From Macrostomum lignano (taxonomy: Eukaryota), in NCBI GenBank assembly GCA_002269645.1, contig NIVC01002447.1, positions 62,001 through 126,000 of the forward strand: a stretch of 64,000 bases of DNA. The letters run 5' to 3'. The notes under the pieces were generated by a model. The model did not search any database and was not told the origin of the DNA. It saw only the letters and a list, made by a program, of their open reading frames with translations. Shown piece after piece: positions 1-13,453 of this stretch (the first letter of the stretch is position 1; every line of letters begins with the position of its first letter). The translations under genes and the position numbers were made by a program.

Positions 1-866
1 TATAGATAGGGTCAATGTCTTCTAGATGACTATAGATACCAATGTCTTCTAGTCTAGATGACTATAGATAGCGTAAATGTCTTCTAGATGACTATAGATA
101 GCGTCAATGTCTTCTAGATGACTACTATAGATAGCGCCAATGTCTTCTAGATGGCTATAGATAGCGCCAATGTCTTCTAGATGACTATAGATACCAATGT
201 CTTCTAGTCTAGATGACTATAGATAGCGTAAATGTCTTCTAGATGACTATAGATAGCGTCAATGTCTTCTAGATGACTACTATAGATAGCGCCAATGTCT
301 TCTAGATGGCTATAGATAGCGCCAATGTCTTCTAGATGACTATAGATACCAATGTCTTCTAGTCTAGATGACTATAGATAGCGTAAATGTCTTCTAGATG
401 ACTATAGATAGCGTCAATGTCTTCTAGATGACTGTAGATACCAATGTCTTCTAGTCTAGATGACTATAGATAGCGTAAATGTCTTCTAGATGACTATAGA
501 TAGCGTCAATGTCTTCTAGATGACTACTATAGATAGCGTCAATGTCTTCTAGATGACTATAGATAGCGTAAATGTCTTCTAGATGACTATAGATAGCGTC
601 AATGTCTTCTAGATGACTACTATAGATAGCGCCAATGTCTTCTAGATGGCTATAGATAGCGTAAATGTCTTCTAGATGACTATAGATAGCGTCAATGTCT
701 TCTAGATGACTATAGATAGCGTAAATGTCTTCTAGATGACTATAGATAGCGTAAATGTCTTCTAGATGACTATAGATAGCGTCAATGTCTTCTAGATGAC
801 TACTATATATAGCGCCAATGTCTTCTAGATGGCTATAGATAGCGCCAATGTCTTCTAGATGACTAC
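1..866. repeat. ~30-bp satellite (aatgtcttctagatgactatagatagcg variants), open at the window edge
   Basis: Direct reading; monomers of 27-35 bp. Confidence 0.95.
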
Positions 867-1397
867 ACTATAGGTGGCTCCAATGTCTATTAGATAGCTT
901 TAGATGACGCTAATATCTAGGTGTGAAGTGGGCGCCATGCCAGTGTCTAATAGCGCTATTCTCTGGCCCCAAACGCAAGGCGGAGCTGTAAAAGCCGTCT
1001 ATTTGTAACGCTTTAGAATTTATTAGGCCAGTGAAAACTGCCAAAGCGAACATGCAAATGTATGCGAGCGCATGCAGGCTGACTGCAAGCATTGCGTAGA
1101 TCGATGAGATTTTTGTAATAATAATTAATAATATTATTATTGCAAATTACACAGACTGGCCATTGCACTCAGATGAAATCCGAAACTACAGTGTTGCTAT
1201 GCAATGTCACGACCAAATTCATGTCTGCTTCATCTGCATATCCAAAGTTTCATAACTTGACGAAATTCTGAAATCAAGGGCAAATTAGCAGTCATTCCAG
1301 TTCAGGCGCACCCGCAGCTCACCCAGGGTGTACAGCGGCCCCGACTTTCTCATAGTCAGGCGTTTACACTCTCTGTGACTTCGGGGTGACACAGGTT

Positions 1398-1646
1398 GCG
1401 TAGCATCTGACACAGATTGCATAGCATCTGACACAGATTGCATAGCATCTGACACAGATTGCATAGCATCTGACACAGATTGCATAGCATCTGACACAGA
1501 TTGCATAGCATCTGACACAGATTGCATAGCATCTGACACAGATTGCATAGCATCTGACACAGATTGCATAGCATCTGACACAGATTGCATAGCATCTGAC
1601 ACAGATTGCATAGCATCTGACACAGATCGCATAGCATCTGACACAG
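1398..1646. repeat. 21-bp minisatellite (gcatagcatctgacacagatt), ~12 copies
   Basis: Near-perfect tandem copies; explains the repetitive ORFs at 1285-1759. Confidence 0.95.
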
Positions 1647-2237
1647 CATAAGACACAAATATAGCCAGAATCTGACGCAGAATCAAATGTGGCTGATGCA
1701 GCAGTTTCCCAAATCGATCTTCTGGCACCGTTTGACTCCCAAGCGTTCGCCCCTACCAACTGAGCAAAGCGAATTTCCCAAAAAGAAACTTTTATTTACA
1801 AACGGGGGAATTTTCTAATTAACCGCGGAGCTTCCGCATCCGTCTCCGCTCATCTCCGACTCATTAGCAGACTCAATGAAGCAGCGGGAGGCTGGGTCCG
1901 GGCACTTCTTCATCTCGCACAGCTCTGGGCCCAGGCCGGGTCTGAGGAGACCCAGAGTTTAATGAATAAGTGAGGGAATTCAGTGAGCCGGGAGATGAGA
2001 TCAGCTCACCAGCGCCTTCCTATGGGGATAAAGAGCTGGGAAAGTGCGGCCGGCTTCTCTGCGGACTTCTCTGCGGGGCAGACCGGCAGGCAGACAGACA
2101 GATAAAAAAATACTCAGGAGCGCTGCGGGCCACCCTGGCGCAACGCCTTAGGCAATTTTGGCCATTGCGCTGACTATTGAGCACATGCAAGCAGTAAAGT
2201 GTAAAGTGGCCATTACTTTTTAAAGTGTCAGGCATGT

Positions 2238-2670
2238 ACAGACAGACTCGGACAGACTCGGACAGACTCAGACAGACTCAGATAGACTCAGATAGACTCA
2301 GATAGACTCAGACAGAATCAGACAGACTCAGATAGACTCAGACAGACTCAGATAGACTCCGATAGACTCAGACAGACCCAGATAGACTCGGACAGACTCG
2401 GACAGACTCAGACAGACTCAGATAGACTCAGACAGACTCGGACAGACTCGGACAGACTCAGACAGACTCAGACAGACTTGGACAGACTCAGACAGACTCA
2501 GATAGACTCAGACAGACTCAGACAGACTCGGACAGACTCAGATAGACTCAGACAGACCCAGATAGACTCGGAAGACTCGGACAGACTAAGACAGACTCAG
2601 ACAGACTCAGACAGACTCAGACAGACTCAGACAGACTCAGACAGACTCAGCTAGACAGACTCAGACAGAC
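2238..2670. repeat. 10-bp minisatellite (gacagactca / gatagactca / gacagactcg)
   Basis: Direct reading. Confidence 0.95.
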
Positions 2671-3183
2671 AGGCACCGGAGACCTGGCACTCATGGCCCT
2701 CAGCAGACAAATGAACTTCAAGCTCAGACAGTCCAATCGCCCCAGCTCAGCAGCTCAGACACAGCCGAGCCGATTAGCTCCAGCCTTAGTCGATAGCAAC
2801 TCAGGCGTGAATATTTAATGGCCAGTTTAAGCAACTGGGAGGCTGCACTGGACCGGGTTCGGCACTCGGGCTGCACTTTTGCATACCTGTGCAGGCAGGC
2901 TGAACACACAGTACAGCTAATGAAGTCAACAATTTTATAACTAAGAGCTGCGGTTTGCTGCTCCTAATGGGAAAGCCTTGCTTTCGAATTTCTGCTTCTG
3001 GACCGATTTAAAGAATTTAGCATACATTTTCCTTTCCTACCCTATGAATTGTGAAAACTGTTTATGGTCGGCGATTGACTTGCAGCTGATGGATGGGAAC
3101 TGCCAGTGGCCCTACCTATTTTTAGCCATTCTGCGAGAGGTGAACGAGCGAACTTGTGAATTAGTTGAACGGATATTTGTAAA

Positions 3184-3990
3184 GAGTGAATGGGTATCTA
3201 AAATGAGTGAATGGATATCTAAAATGAGTGAATGGATATCTAAAATGAGTGAATGGATATCTAAAATGAGTGAATGGATATCTAAAATGAGTGAATGGAT
3301 ATCTAAAATGAGTGAATGGATATCTAAAATGAGTGAATGGATATCTAAAATGAGTGAATGGATATCTAAAATGAGTGAATGGATATCTAAAATGAGTGAA
3401 TGGATATCTAAAATGAGTGAATGGATATCTAAAATGAGTGAATGGATATCTAAAATGAGTGAATGGATATCTAAAATGAGTGAATGGATATCTAAAATGA
3501 GTGAATGGATACCTTAAATGAGTGAAAGGATACCTAAAATGAGTGAATGGATATCTAAAATGAGTGAATGGATATCTAAAATGAGTGAAGGGATATCTAA
3601 AATGAGTGAATGGATATCTAAAATGAGTGAATGGATATCTAAAATGAGTGAATGGATATTTAAAATGAGTGAATGGAGACCTTAAATGAGTGAAAGGATA
3701 TCTAAAATGAGTAAATGGATATCTAAAATGAGTGAATTGATATCTAAAATGAGTGAATGGATATCTAAAATGAGTGAATGGATATCTAAAATGAGTGAAA
3801 GGATACCTAAAATGAGTGAATGGAGACCTTAAATGAGTGAATGGATATCTAAAATGAGTGAATGGATATCTAAAATGAGTGAATTGATATCTAAAATGAG
3901 TGAATGGATATCTAAAATGAGTGAATGGAGACCTTAAATGAGTGAAAGGATATCTAAAATGAGTGAAAGGATATCTAAAATGAGTGAATG
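3184..3990. repeat. 21-bp minisatellite (aaaatgagtgaatggatatct), ~38 copies
   Basis: Direct reading; the left half is homogeneous and the right half carries variants. Confidence 0.95.
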
Positions 3991-4529
3991 AAGACTTGAA
4001 TCGAGAGTGAACATTTGAGCAGCTGAATGAATTGATGAAGAACAGAGAACAGAGGCTCACTCAATTATTTACTTTCGTGGATTTTAGCAAAGATTTCCCG
4101 GCAGAAGCAGATAAGCTGGCAAAGTTTTTCCCGAGGCGGGCTGGCTGCTCAGGCGGTGCTCGCGAGCCAATTCATCCTGCAGAAATAAATGCATTTCTAA
4201 TCTGTTTCAGATCAGCGAGATTGCCATCAGCTTTATTCAGCGGCTGAACTTTCTTCTCCTAATGGTTTTTCTTGTTCAGAGCTGGCAGAAATTATCCAAA
4301 GTTGCTGTTGTGAGCCGCAAGCCGCGTGTCCCCAGGTCACCCCCGTGTCGGCCTTCTGCTGAAAAAACTTCACTCAGTAAAATTTATTAGGGAAACTGTT
4401 CACCCCCCGGACTGCTTTGAACTCGACTGACCTTTTGGCCAGCCATCAGCTGCGTGCCGAGGCTGTGGCGGCTGCGGCGCTGAAGGTCCATCGATTTCCT
4501 AGAAAGTTCCGCACGCTCAGGCTGTTACC

Positions 4530-5045
4530 TTTTACTCTCCCCACTCTTTTCACTCTCCCCACTCTTTTCACTCTCCCCACTCTTTTCACTCTCCCCACTC
4601 TTTTCACTCTCCCCACTCTTTTCTCTCTCCCCACTCTTTTCACTCTCCTCACTTTTTTCACTCTCCCCACTCTTTTCACTCTCCTCACTCTTTTCACTCT
4701 CCTCACTCTTTTCACTCTCCTCACTCTTTTCACTCTCCCCACTCTTTTCACTCTCCCCACTCTTTTCACTCTCCTCACTCTTTTCACTCTCCCCACTCTT
4801 TTCACTCTCCTCACTCTTTTCACTCTCCTCACTCTTTTCACTCTCCTCACTCTTTTCACTCTCCCCACTCTTTTCACTCTCCCCACTCTTTTCACTCTCC
4901 TCACTCTTTTCACTCTCCCCACTCTTTTCACTCTCCCCACTCTTTTCACTCTCCCCACTCTTTTCACTCTCCCCACTCTTTTCACTCTCCCCACTCTTTT
5001 CACTCTCCCCACTCTTTTCTCTCTCCCCACTCTTTCCACTCTCCT
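4530..5045. repeat. 18-bp minisatellite (ttttcactctcc(c/t)cactc)
   Basis: Direct reading. Confidence 0.95.
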
Positions 5046-5786
5046 ACCGTCTCTTCACTTTTTTTTCCTAGTGTCGCGTCGTTTAATTAAGAGTTCAACT
5101 GAGCAACACGATGATTTGGTATTGTAAATGAACGATGTCTCAGTCTCGATATATTAATCATAAACGATGCTAACACAAACGAAGCTCAATATATAACTAT
5201 TAACGCATTGGGGTGGCGGGGCGCACGGGGTACGAAATCGGGGTGGTGGGTACACTGGATGTACAGTCAATATTTCAATAGTCAATCAGCTAGTCACTTA
5301 GTCATAAGTACAGCGGTAGAATCCAGCGCTGCCTCACCTAGCTCTCCCATTATCCCAGCTGTCTTCCGCAGTCTATCGCCCTCTGTATCCATCTCTGAGG
5401 CGGAATAAAAAAACCGAAATCAAACGCTGATCTGTGAATGGACACAAGGCTACAAAATCACCCGCAGTCCACCCAACATCATGGATGCTGCAGCGATACT
5501 GAGCAGCCAGGGAGCGACCAGCCTCGCAATCGATGCCCGGCCGAGCCCGCCGTAATTGCCGCCGGTCACGCCATCGCTTTGAGCTGCGCCGCGACGGCAG
5601 TGGCAAGAAAAAAAAGAAATTGAGACGGGGCAGGACGCGATTGCGTAATCCACGATTGCCGCTGACCTCAGTGGCCACGGTGCACGGGAGCTGCGGCTGC
5701 TAATGATGACGCTGTTCGGGAAGCTGGGTACACTGATGAGGCGTTGAGCAGCTTCATGTGATCAATTGGAATTGCAACCTGCTGGA

Positions 5787-7357
5787 CTCTGATCTCCGAT
5801 CTCTGATCTCCGATCTCTGATCTCCGATCTCTGATCTCCGATCTCTGATCTCCGATCTCTGATCTCCGATCTCTGATCTCCGATCTCTGATCTCCGATCT
5901 CTGATCTCCGATCTCTGATCTCCGATCTCTGATCTCCGATCTCTGATCTCCGATCTCTGATCTCCGATCTCTGATCTCCGATCTCTGATCTCCGATCTCT
6001 GATCTCCGATCTCTGATCTCCGATCTCTGATCTCCGATCTCTGATCTCCGATCTCTGATCTCCGATCTCTGATCTCCGATCTATGATCTCCGATCTCTGA
6101 TCTCCGATCTCTGATCTCCGATCTCTGATCTCCGATCTCTGATCTCCGATCTCTGATCTCCGATCTCTGATCTCCGATCTCTGATCTCCGATCTCTGATC
6201 TCCGATCTCTGATCTCCGATCTCTGATCTCCGATCTCTGATCTCCGATCTCTGATCTCCGATCTCTGATCTCCGATCTCTGATCTCCGATCTCTGATCTC
6301 CGATCTCTGATCTCCGATCTCTGATCTCCGATCTCTGATCTCCGATCTCTGATCTCCGATCTCTGATCTCCGATCTCTGATCTCCGATCTCTGATCTCCG
6401 ATCTCTGATCTCCGATCTCTGATCTCCGATCTCTGATCTCCGATCTCTGATCTCCGATCTCTGATCTCCGATCTCTGATCTCCGATCTCTGATCTCCGAT
6501 CTCTGATCTCCGATCTCTGATCTCCGATCTCTGATCTCCGATCTCTGATCTCCGATCTATGATCTCCGATCTCTGATCTCCGATCTCTGATCTCCGATCT
6601 CTGATCTCCGATCTCTGATCTCCGATCTCTGATCTCCGATCTCTGATCTCCGATCTCTGATCTCCGATCTCTGATCTCCGATCTCTGATCTCCGATCTCT
6701 GATCTCCGATCTCTGATCTCCGATCTCTGATCTCCGATCTCTGATCTCCGATCTCTGATCTCCGATCTCTGATCTCCGATCTCTGATCTCCGATCTCTGA
6801 TCTCCGATCTCTGATCTCCGATCTCTGATCTCCGATCTCTGATCTCCGATCTCTGATCTCCGATCTCTGATCTCCGATCTCTGATCTCCGATCTCTGATC
6901 TCCGATCTCTGATCTCCGATCTCTGATCTCCGATCTCTGATCTCTGATCTCTGATCTCCGATCTCTGATCTCCGATCTCTGATCTCCGATCTCTGATCTC
7001 CGATCTCTGATCTCCGATCTCTGATCTCTGATCTCCGATCTCTGATCTCTGATCTCCGATCTCTGATCTCCGATCTCTGATCTCCGATCTCTGATCTCCG
7101 ATCTCTGATCTCCGATCTCTGATCTCCGATCTCTGATCTCCGATCTCTGATCTCTGATCTCCGATCTCTGATCTCTGATCTCTGATCTCTGATCTCCGAT
7201 CTCTGATCTCCGATCTCCGATCTCTGATCTCCGATCTCTGATCTCCGATCTCTGATCTCCGATCTCTGATCTCCGATCTCTGATCTCCGATCTCTGATCT
7301 CCGATCTCTGATCTCCTATCTCTGATCTCCTATCTCTGATCTCCGATCTCTGATCTC
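5787..7357. repeat. 14-bp satellite (ctctgatctccgat), built from two 7-bp subunits, >100 copies
   Basis: Direct reading; 7-bp slippage variants occur after ~6940. Confidence 0.97.
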
Positions 7358-7988
7358 AATATTGCCAGTGAATCCAAACCATTATTCTAGTTTTACCGCA
7401 AGCCAAGGGGTCAGCATGGGGCGGGGGGCGCCGGTTGCCCACCTCAGTTACTGACAGCAAGCCAGTGAACCACAGCCATCTCGCAGCTACAATAATGAGA
7501 GGCGCTTTCAGACATATTTTGGAACTTGTTGCGCGTGTTTTTGGGATTTGGGCTTTTTAAACCGCAAGACAGACAGACAGACGGGCAGTGACAGACAGCC
7601 CCCAGCAGCGACTTGCATTGTTACGTAATCAGTTCAATGGGGGCCGCTTCTAGGAGAAGAGAGGAGAGGCTTAGCCAGAGCCATAATGCCAAGAGATTTG
7701 CCGGCAAAGATAAAAAGGGCTGCAAAATCTGCTGCTTCTGCGGCTGCTGCTGGTGTAGATGGGGTGCCGGTCATCGCTGGACCCCTGCCACAGCCACAGG
7801 GGCGGAGGCCCTGGCGGGGGGATTTCGCTGACGGGCGATGACAGGCGAGGGGATTGGGGATAATCTCCTAGCGCTGCTGCCGCCAGAGATTTGAACATGG
7901 TCGGGTGTGCCAAAACCGGAGTGTCATGACTGCTTGAGGCTTGGTTGAGTTGGTCAACTGAGGAGAGCTGCACGTACGAGTGTTGGAC

Positions 7989-8282
7989 TATGAGCAATGA
8001 GCTAATGAGTATGAGCAATGAGCTAATGCGTATGAGCAATGAGCTAATGAGTATGAGCAATGAGCTAATGAGTATGAGCAATGAGCTAATGAGTATGAGC
8101 AATGAGCTAATGAGTATGAGCAATGAGCTAATGAGTATGAGCAATAAGCTAATGAGTATAAGCAATGAGCTAATGCGTGTGAGCAATGAGCTAATGCGTG
8201 TGAGCAATGAGCTAATGAGTATGAGCAATGAGCTAATGAGTATGAGCAATGAGCTAATGAGTATGAGCAATGAGCAAATGCG
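7989..8282. repeat. 21-bp minisatellite (atgagcaatgagctaatgagt)
   Basis: Direct reading. Confidence 0.95.
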
Positions 8283-8361
8283 TGTTAGTGGAGGCTTGGA
8301 TTTGAGAAGGTTTGTCTGTGAATGCAGGTAACAATCGCACTCGACATGTGTTTGGGAAGGC

Positions 8362-8660
8362 CTCGATCAATCGGTACTGGGACAGGCCTCAATCAGTCGG
8401 TACTGGGACAGGCCTCAATCAGTCGGTACTGGGACAGGCCACAATCAATCGGTACTGGGACAGGCCTCAATCAATCGGTACTGGGACAGGCCTCAATCAG
8501 TCGGTACTGGGACAGGCCACAATCAATCGGTACTGGGACAGGCCTCAATCAATCGGTACTGGGACAGGCCTCAATCAATCGGTACTGGGACAGGACTCAA
8601 TCAATCGGTACTGGGACAGGACTCAAACAATCGGTACTGGGACAGGACTCAATCAATCGG
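8362..8660. repeat. 26-bp minisatellite (tcaatcaatcggtactgggacaggcc)
   Basis: Direct reading. Confidence 0.95.
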
Positions 8661-9179
8661 TGTCCATCGGTACAACCCTAAATTTCTGTATTTTCCACAA
8701 TTGCCTTTTTACCTTTTTATACGAGTAGCTTCCCAGCTTCAGCCCGGTACAAGTCATCACCGATGAATCATATTGGTTGCCAGGCTGTTGCTTGGGATGA
8801 AGGGATATTAGGCGGTGAAACTGCAGGAGAGAAAGTGCTATCGGCTTATTGTACACCTGAAGAGTTTCACCTTCATTAATTACTAAGGCAAGCCCGCCTG
8901 GATGCCGGCTGAATAATAATGCCAGGCTAATCAACACTGCCTGTGCGGTGCCGCAAGGTGGGGCTTGGATTGACCCTGACTGACCTCTCACATTATTATA
9001 GTGTATTAAAAGCAACAGGGGATCATAAATTATAGCCCGAAAGACGCTTGGGAGTTTTCGGCACACTGGTGATAAAGCAAAGCGGATCCGGCTGGCTATG
9101 GATTTGCGTGTTTTTGTGCTAGCCAGGCCGGAGTGTCTGGGATGCGGAGGCTCAGGGCGGAACTGGGAGAGGCGCTGAG

Positions 9180-9600
9180 AAAGTGGAGATTAGAAGAGAT
9201 CTGGGATGCGGGAGAGATGGAGAAGAGAGGGGAGACAGGAGAGATGTGAGAAGAGAGGAGAAGAGAGAGATTTGTGAGAAGAGAGGGGAGACAGGAAAGA
9301 TAGAAGAGAGGAGACAGGAGATGGAGAAGAGAGGGAGAGATGAGAGGGAGAGAAGAGAGGGGAGACAAGAGAGGGAGAGAAGAGAGGGGAGACAGGAGAG
9401 GGAGAGAAGAGAGGGGAGACAGGAGAGGGAGAGAAGAGAAGGGAGACAGGAGAGGGAGAGAAGAGAAGGGAGACAGGAGAGGGAGAGAAGAGAGGGGAGA
9501 CAGGAGAGGGAGAGAAGAGAGGGGAGACAGGAGAGGGAGAGAAGAGAGGGGAGACAGGAGAGGGAGAGAAGAGAGGGGAGACAGGAAAGATAGAAGAGAG
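9180..9600. repeat. Purine-rich 27-bp minisatellite (gagagggagagaagagaggggagacag)
   Basis: Direct reading. Confidence 0.9.
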
Positions 9601-11785
9601 GCACAAGCAAGATGTGGGGTTGGTATGCAGCAGCAGCAGCAGCAGCAGGTTTCATTGTGGGGAAAACAGAATCCCAGAGAGCGAGACTCGTCATCGAGAG
9701 CTCAATAAAAAGCGTAGGCCTGCACTGGGAGAATGGGATCTGCAAAGGGCTTTATCCTGCATCCTCCCAGGCTTAAGATGTTCAAGACCTGAATCTGGAG
9801 TCTGGGGGCGGAGCCTGCGTAAGTGGCGCCATCTTCGTTTTGAGTGGCACTCAACTCGCCCCGCGCCTCTCCGTACCTCGGATTTTGCCCGGCTCAGCAG
9901 CAGCTGCTGCAGCAGGGGGACTAAAGGATTGCATCATCAACGGATGCGGACTCGGAGAAGGCGATTTGTGGCCCTTCCTGCTTGCTCAACGGAGGAGTGG
10001 GTGAGTCATTAGCGACTGTCCCCGGAAAGTGCTGCTGCAGGCTGCGTCGTCAATCTTTCAATAAAATAACCTTCAAGTCGAAAATGCACTGAACAAAATC
10101 CACTGCATGCGAGAAATCAAATACACGGTTTCGTGTGCAGGTACGTCTGAGCGTTGCGTGTGCGGGAAGGGTTACCTCAATCCGCAGAATCGGCGGGGGG
10201 GGGGGCAAGTATTAGCAGTGTTGGGTTGATTGGTGGAGTTTTCCAGGAACAGCTCCCATTGTAGCGACTTCTTTCCCAGTTCAATTCAGTCTGGCTGTGA
10301 TATCACAGGTTTGGGGCCTCAGCCGCCTTGTAAATGGGCTGAATGGCATGCAATTAGCGGAATTTGCTGATGGCTGCACAGAAATATTGATTGCCTGCAG
10401 GCACTGCGGCAGTCCAATTTTTTTATCACGTGCGTCAAGCAAAAGTGGGGAAAAGTGCGAACAAATTTTTTTCCTAGACGAACCAACCGAAGGCGAATAA
10501 GAAATCAATTTGACGAAAAGTACATTTCCAAATACGGACCGCATTTGGTTCTCTGCAGTTTATTGCCGGGAAAAATCCATTTTTATTATATGGATTGAAG
10601 CTAGCTTCTATCCGAACAGATTTACAGGAATCACAGGCTTATCGCAGCTTACGGTGAAGTGTACATTGCACACAAATAAGTACATTGCACGATGAAACAC
10701 GTAAACAAGTTTACTAAATAGTCAGTAGCTATGCCAGAAGACTTACACGAAAAAGATTTGATGTTTAACAAAGTACACAGGGAAGCGTTCAACATAGTAC
10801 TCGTATGCGACAGTTGCTTTTTTAAGAAAATGAATTTTATATGAATTTTGTGAAAAAATGAAATTTATGATTTACAACGAAACGGAATTACAAACACTGG
10901 GGCTGCATTGACAGATCTGTGAATCGGAGTTGAAGATGGAAAAAATACTTCTTCTTGTGTAGAAACATTGGCGGCGATATTATAAGCAAAGCTTCAGTGC
11001 AGATCCCCCGGTCAAGAGGGGGAGCACAGCGCGGTAAGCAATTTTCCTCGGGGAAAAGCATCAAAGAAGAGGCCCGGGTCGTCGGTAAGAGCCCAGCGGA
11101 TTAGCGATTGGGTTACAGCGGCGCGAGACGCACTGGAGACGAGAAGGAGAATACAAGGGGGGGGGTAGACGCAGACTGCAAAAGTGCAGGCAGCCGGAGC
11201 GTACACACTGAGAGAGCATGTGACAATCCATGTACATCTGATTGAGACTGCCGGACACGCAACGATGGAGATGGCCGGGAGAGGCTGGGGAGCTCACGCG
11301 TGGCAGGGGGAGATTTCGGTGAGCTGCTGCTCCTCTTGCCTCATCTTCCCCTCAGCGCATGCGGGGGCAGCATCTCCCTGCTCAGCTTGGTAATCCGGCC
11401 CCACTGCTGTGCTCACTCCAGCTAATTCGTACAGCTCAAATCCCCTGTCAACAGGTCAAAGCTGAGCCAATCTCTTGCTTTAATAAGTAAAGCTTGAGAC
11501 TTGATGAAGCCCTTAAAACTGACCCTACCTAGTCCATAAAATGATCAATTTGAAAGCTAAACTTGAAGCAGAGAAGCTCAGCAGTAATTAACATGCAATC
11601 AGCAATTCATCTGTAGCTCGTGCTCAAAATTGGCCTGCAGTTGCTTGTGGTGCAGTTCACGTCCGTGCGGTCTGAGTCTCCCCAAGGCCGAGCTGTACAC
11701 CCTGACAGCTCTGTGAGAAGAATGACTCTCAGTCAGTTTTCTAGCCGAAGGGGCCTTAGCGGGCCGCGGGAGACTCACCGATTGG

Positions 11786-13453
11786 TCAGTCGCAGCCGTT
11801 CACCCGACTCCGCGATCCGCCCGCAGACCCCGCCGCCTGCCTCAGCCGGACATCCGTAGCCGCTTCGGTTGTCGCCGACACCGAATTCGCTCGCCACAGC
11901 CGCGCGCTGAAGGCCGGCGAAGGTCCTCCTGTTCCTCCTCCGTTGACGTCGACGCCTCCCAGGTGGCCGGTCAGGCCGCGGCTCAGGGTGTACCGCTCCT
12001 GTATCTGGCGCTGCAGGCTCACCGTCTCCTCGCTGGTGGTCAGGTAGTACAGAAACCGCTTGATGTCCTTCAGGCTCGGGCCGGCCACCTCCACGCGGCG
12101 CAGTCCGTCCGGCAGGTCCTGCGCCTCCTCCTGTGGCAGCAGCCGCAGGGTGCAGGAGTGCCGCCTGGCCAGCAGCGTCACGATGGTGTCGAACAGAAAC
12201 GACTCGGTCTGCGCCAGGTTCCACGTGCGCACGTGGAAGAAGTAGAAGGCGTGCTGGCTGCGGTCCCGGCGCGGCACCGGCAGGGGGCTCTTCGGCAGCG
12301 GGCCGTCCCGCGGCCGCGAGAAGGTGCGGCAGCGGCGCCGCAGGCTGGCCTCCTGGCGCACCTCGCCGATGCGCCGCGGCTGGCTGGCGTTGCCGTGGTC
12401 GGAGGCGCTCCGGCCGAAGTCGTCGGCGCCGTCGCCGCCCAACAGTTTGCTCGGACACGAGTCCCGACGTTGCCGACGCCGCCGGCTGCCACGCCGTTCG
12501 CTGGGATCGTCCAGGAGATCCAGACCGTCCTCGGGGTCCAGCTCGCCGAACAGGTGCAGCTTCTCCAGCCCTTCGACAAGGGAGCGGCGCTGGGCGAAGT
12601 AGCGCGGCCGGTACAGCACGGTCGGGTGGCTGTCGATCACCTCGTAGCCGCGCCCGGAGGAGCTCGGCGACCGCGACAGCGCCGGCAGGAAGCGCAGCCT
12701 GGGCAGGTCACGTGACCGCCGGCTCCGGCTGCGGCTCTTGCGCAGGGTGACCTTGAACTGCGAGTCCGCGCTGCAGGTGCTGTTGGTGCGGCGCATGAAC
12801 TGCACGATTGAGGTCAGGCTGCCGATGGCTCCGGGGACGCTCTGCTGCTGCTGCTGCTGCTGCTGTTGCTCCTGCTGCTCCCGGCTCCAGCTGTTCTTAA
12901 TCGGAGTCTCGGACAGCTGCGACGCCCGCGACTGATGATCGGCAGCCGGCCGGACCGGCGGCGTCGGCGGCGGCGTCGGGATCGGATGGTCGGGCGGCTG
13001 GGCGGCGTCCGCCGGCAGGTTGGTGACGAGCTGCGGCAGCGAGCCGACCTCGAAAGCGAAGGACAGCCGGTTGGCCACCGTGGCGAACCGCTGGGAGCCG
13101 GCGCTGCTCCGCCGGTCGTCCTGGCCGGGGTAAAAGTAGCTGCCGTAGAAGTCGGCCCGCGGCGCCACGCCAGCCGGTGGTGGCGGCGGCTTCCTGGGGC
13201 TGAGGCCGTAGCTGCCATGCGCGGGGCAGGGGGTCACCAGCTGCGGCCGCCTGCGCAGCGCCACGGAGCCGCCGGCGTCGCAGCCGGGCCGCCAGGATGC
13301 GGCAGCCGCGATGGTGGCCGAGTAGCCGCCGATGTGGCCGGACTGCGGGCGGCTGGCCGGGCCGACCCGGATGGCCAGCGGCTGCGTGACCGCCCGGCCG
13401 TGCGGCTGAGGCGGAGGCTCCGCAGCGCGCGACTTCCTTGAGAAGATGCTCAT
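11786..13453 (-). CDS. Probable host gene: long GC-rich ORF or exon, 555 aa, uncharacterised; low-complexity N-half (Pro-rich, polyQ) and an ordered C-terminal domain
   Basis: 1668-bp uninterrupted ORF, strongly GC3-biased, ATG in gtcgccATG context, GC-rich CCAAT-containing region upstream. No transposon motifs recognised. Confidence 0.7.
   Translation of the reverse strand: MSIFSRKSRAAEPPPQPHGRAVTQPLAIRVGPASRPQSGHIGGYSATIAAAASWRPGCDAGGSVALRRRPQLVTPCPAHGSYGLSPRKPPPPPAGVAPRADFYGSYFYPGQDDRRSSAGSQRFATVANRLSFAFEVGSLPQLVTNLPADAAQPPDHPIPTPPPTPPVRPAADHQSRASQLSETPIKNSWSREQQEQQQQQQQQQSVPGAIGSLTSIVQFMRRTNSTCSADSQFKVTLRKSRSRSRRSRDLPRLRFLPALSRSPSSSGRGYEVIDSHPTVLYRPRYFAQRRSLVEGLEKLHLFGELDPEDGLDLLDDPSERRGSRRRRQRRDSCPSKLLGGDGADDFGRSASDHGNASQPRRIGEVRQEASLRRRCRTFSRPRDGPLPKSPLPVPRRDRSQHAFYFFHVRTWNLAQTESFLFDTIVTLLARRHSCTLRLLPQEEAQDLPDGLRRVEVAGPSLKDIKRFLYYLTTSEETVSLQRQIQERYTLSRGLTGHLGGVDVNGGGTGGPSPAFSARLWRANSVSATTEAATDVRLRQAAGSAGGSRSRVNGCD

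Noticed and set aside
8362-8660. 26-bp, 23-bp (17688) and 56-bp (24075) arrays as possible CRISPR arrays
   Set aside because: The repeats are head-to-tail with no unique spacers, there are no cas genes, and the context is eukaryotic.
11775-13441. Overlapping and antisense ORFs around the 555-aa ORF
   Set aside because: Shadow ORFs expected from very high GC content.
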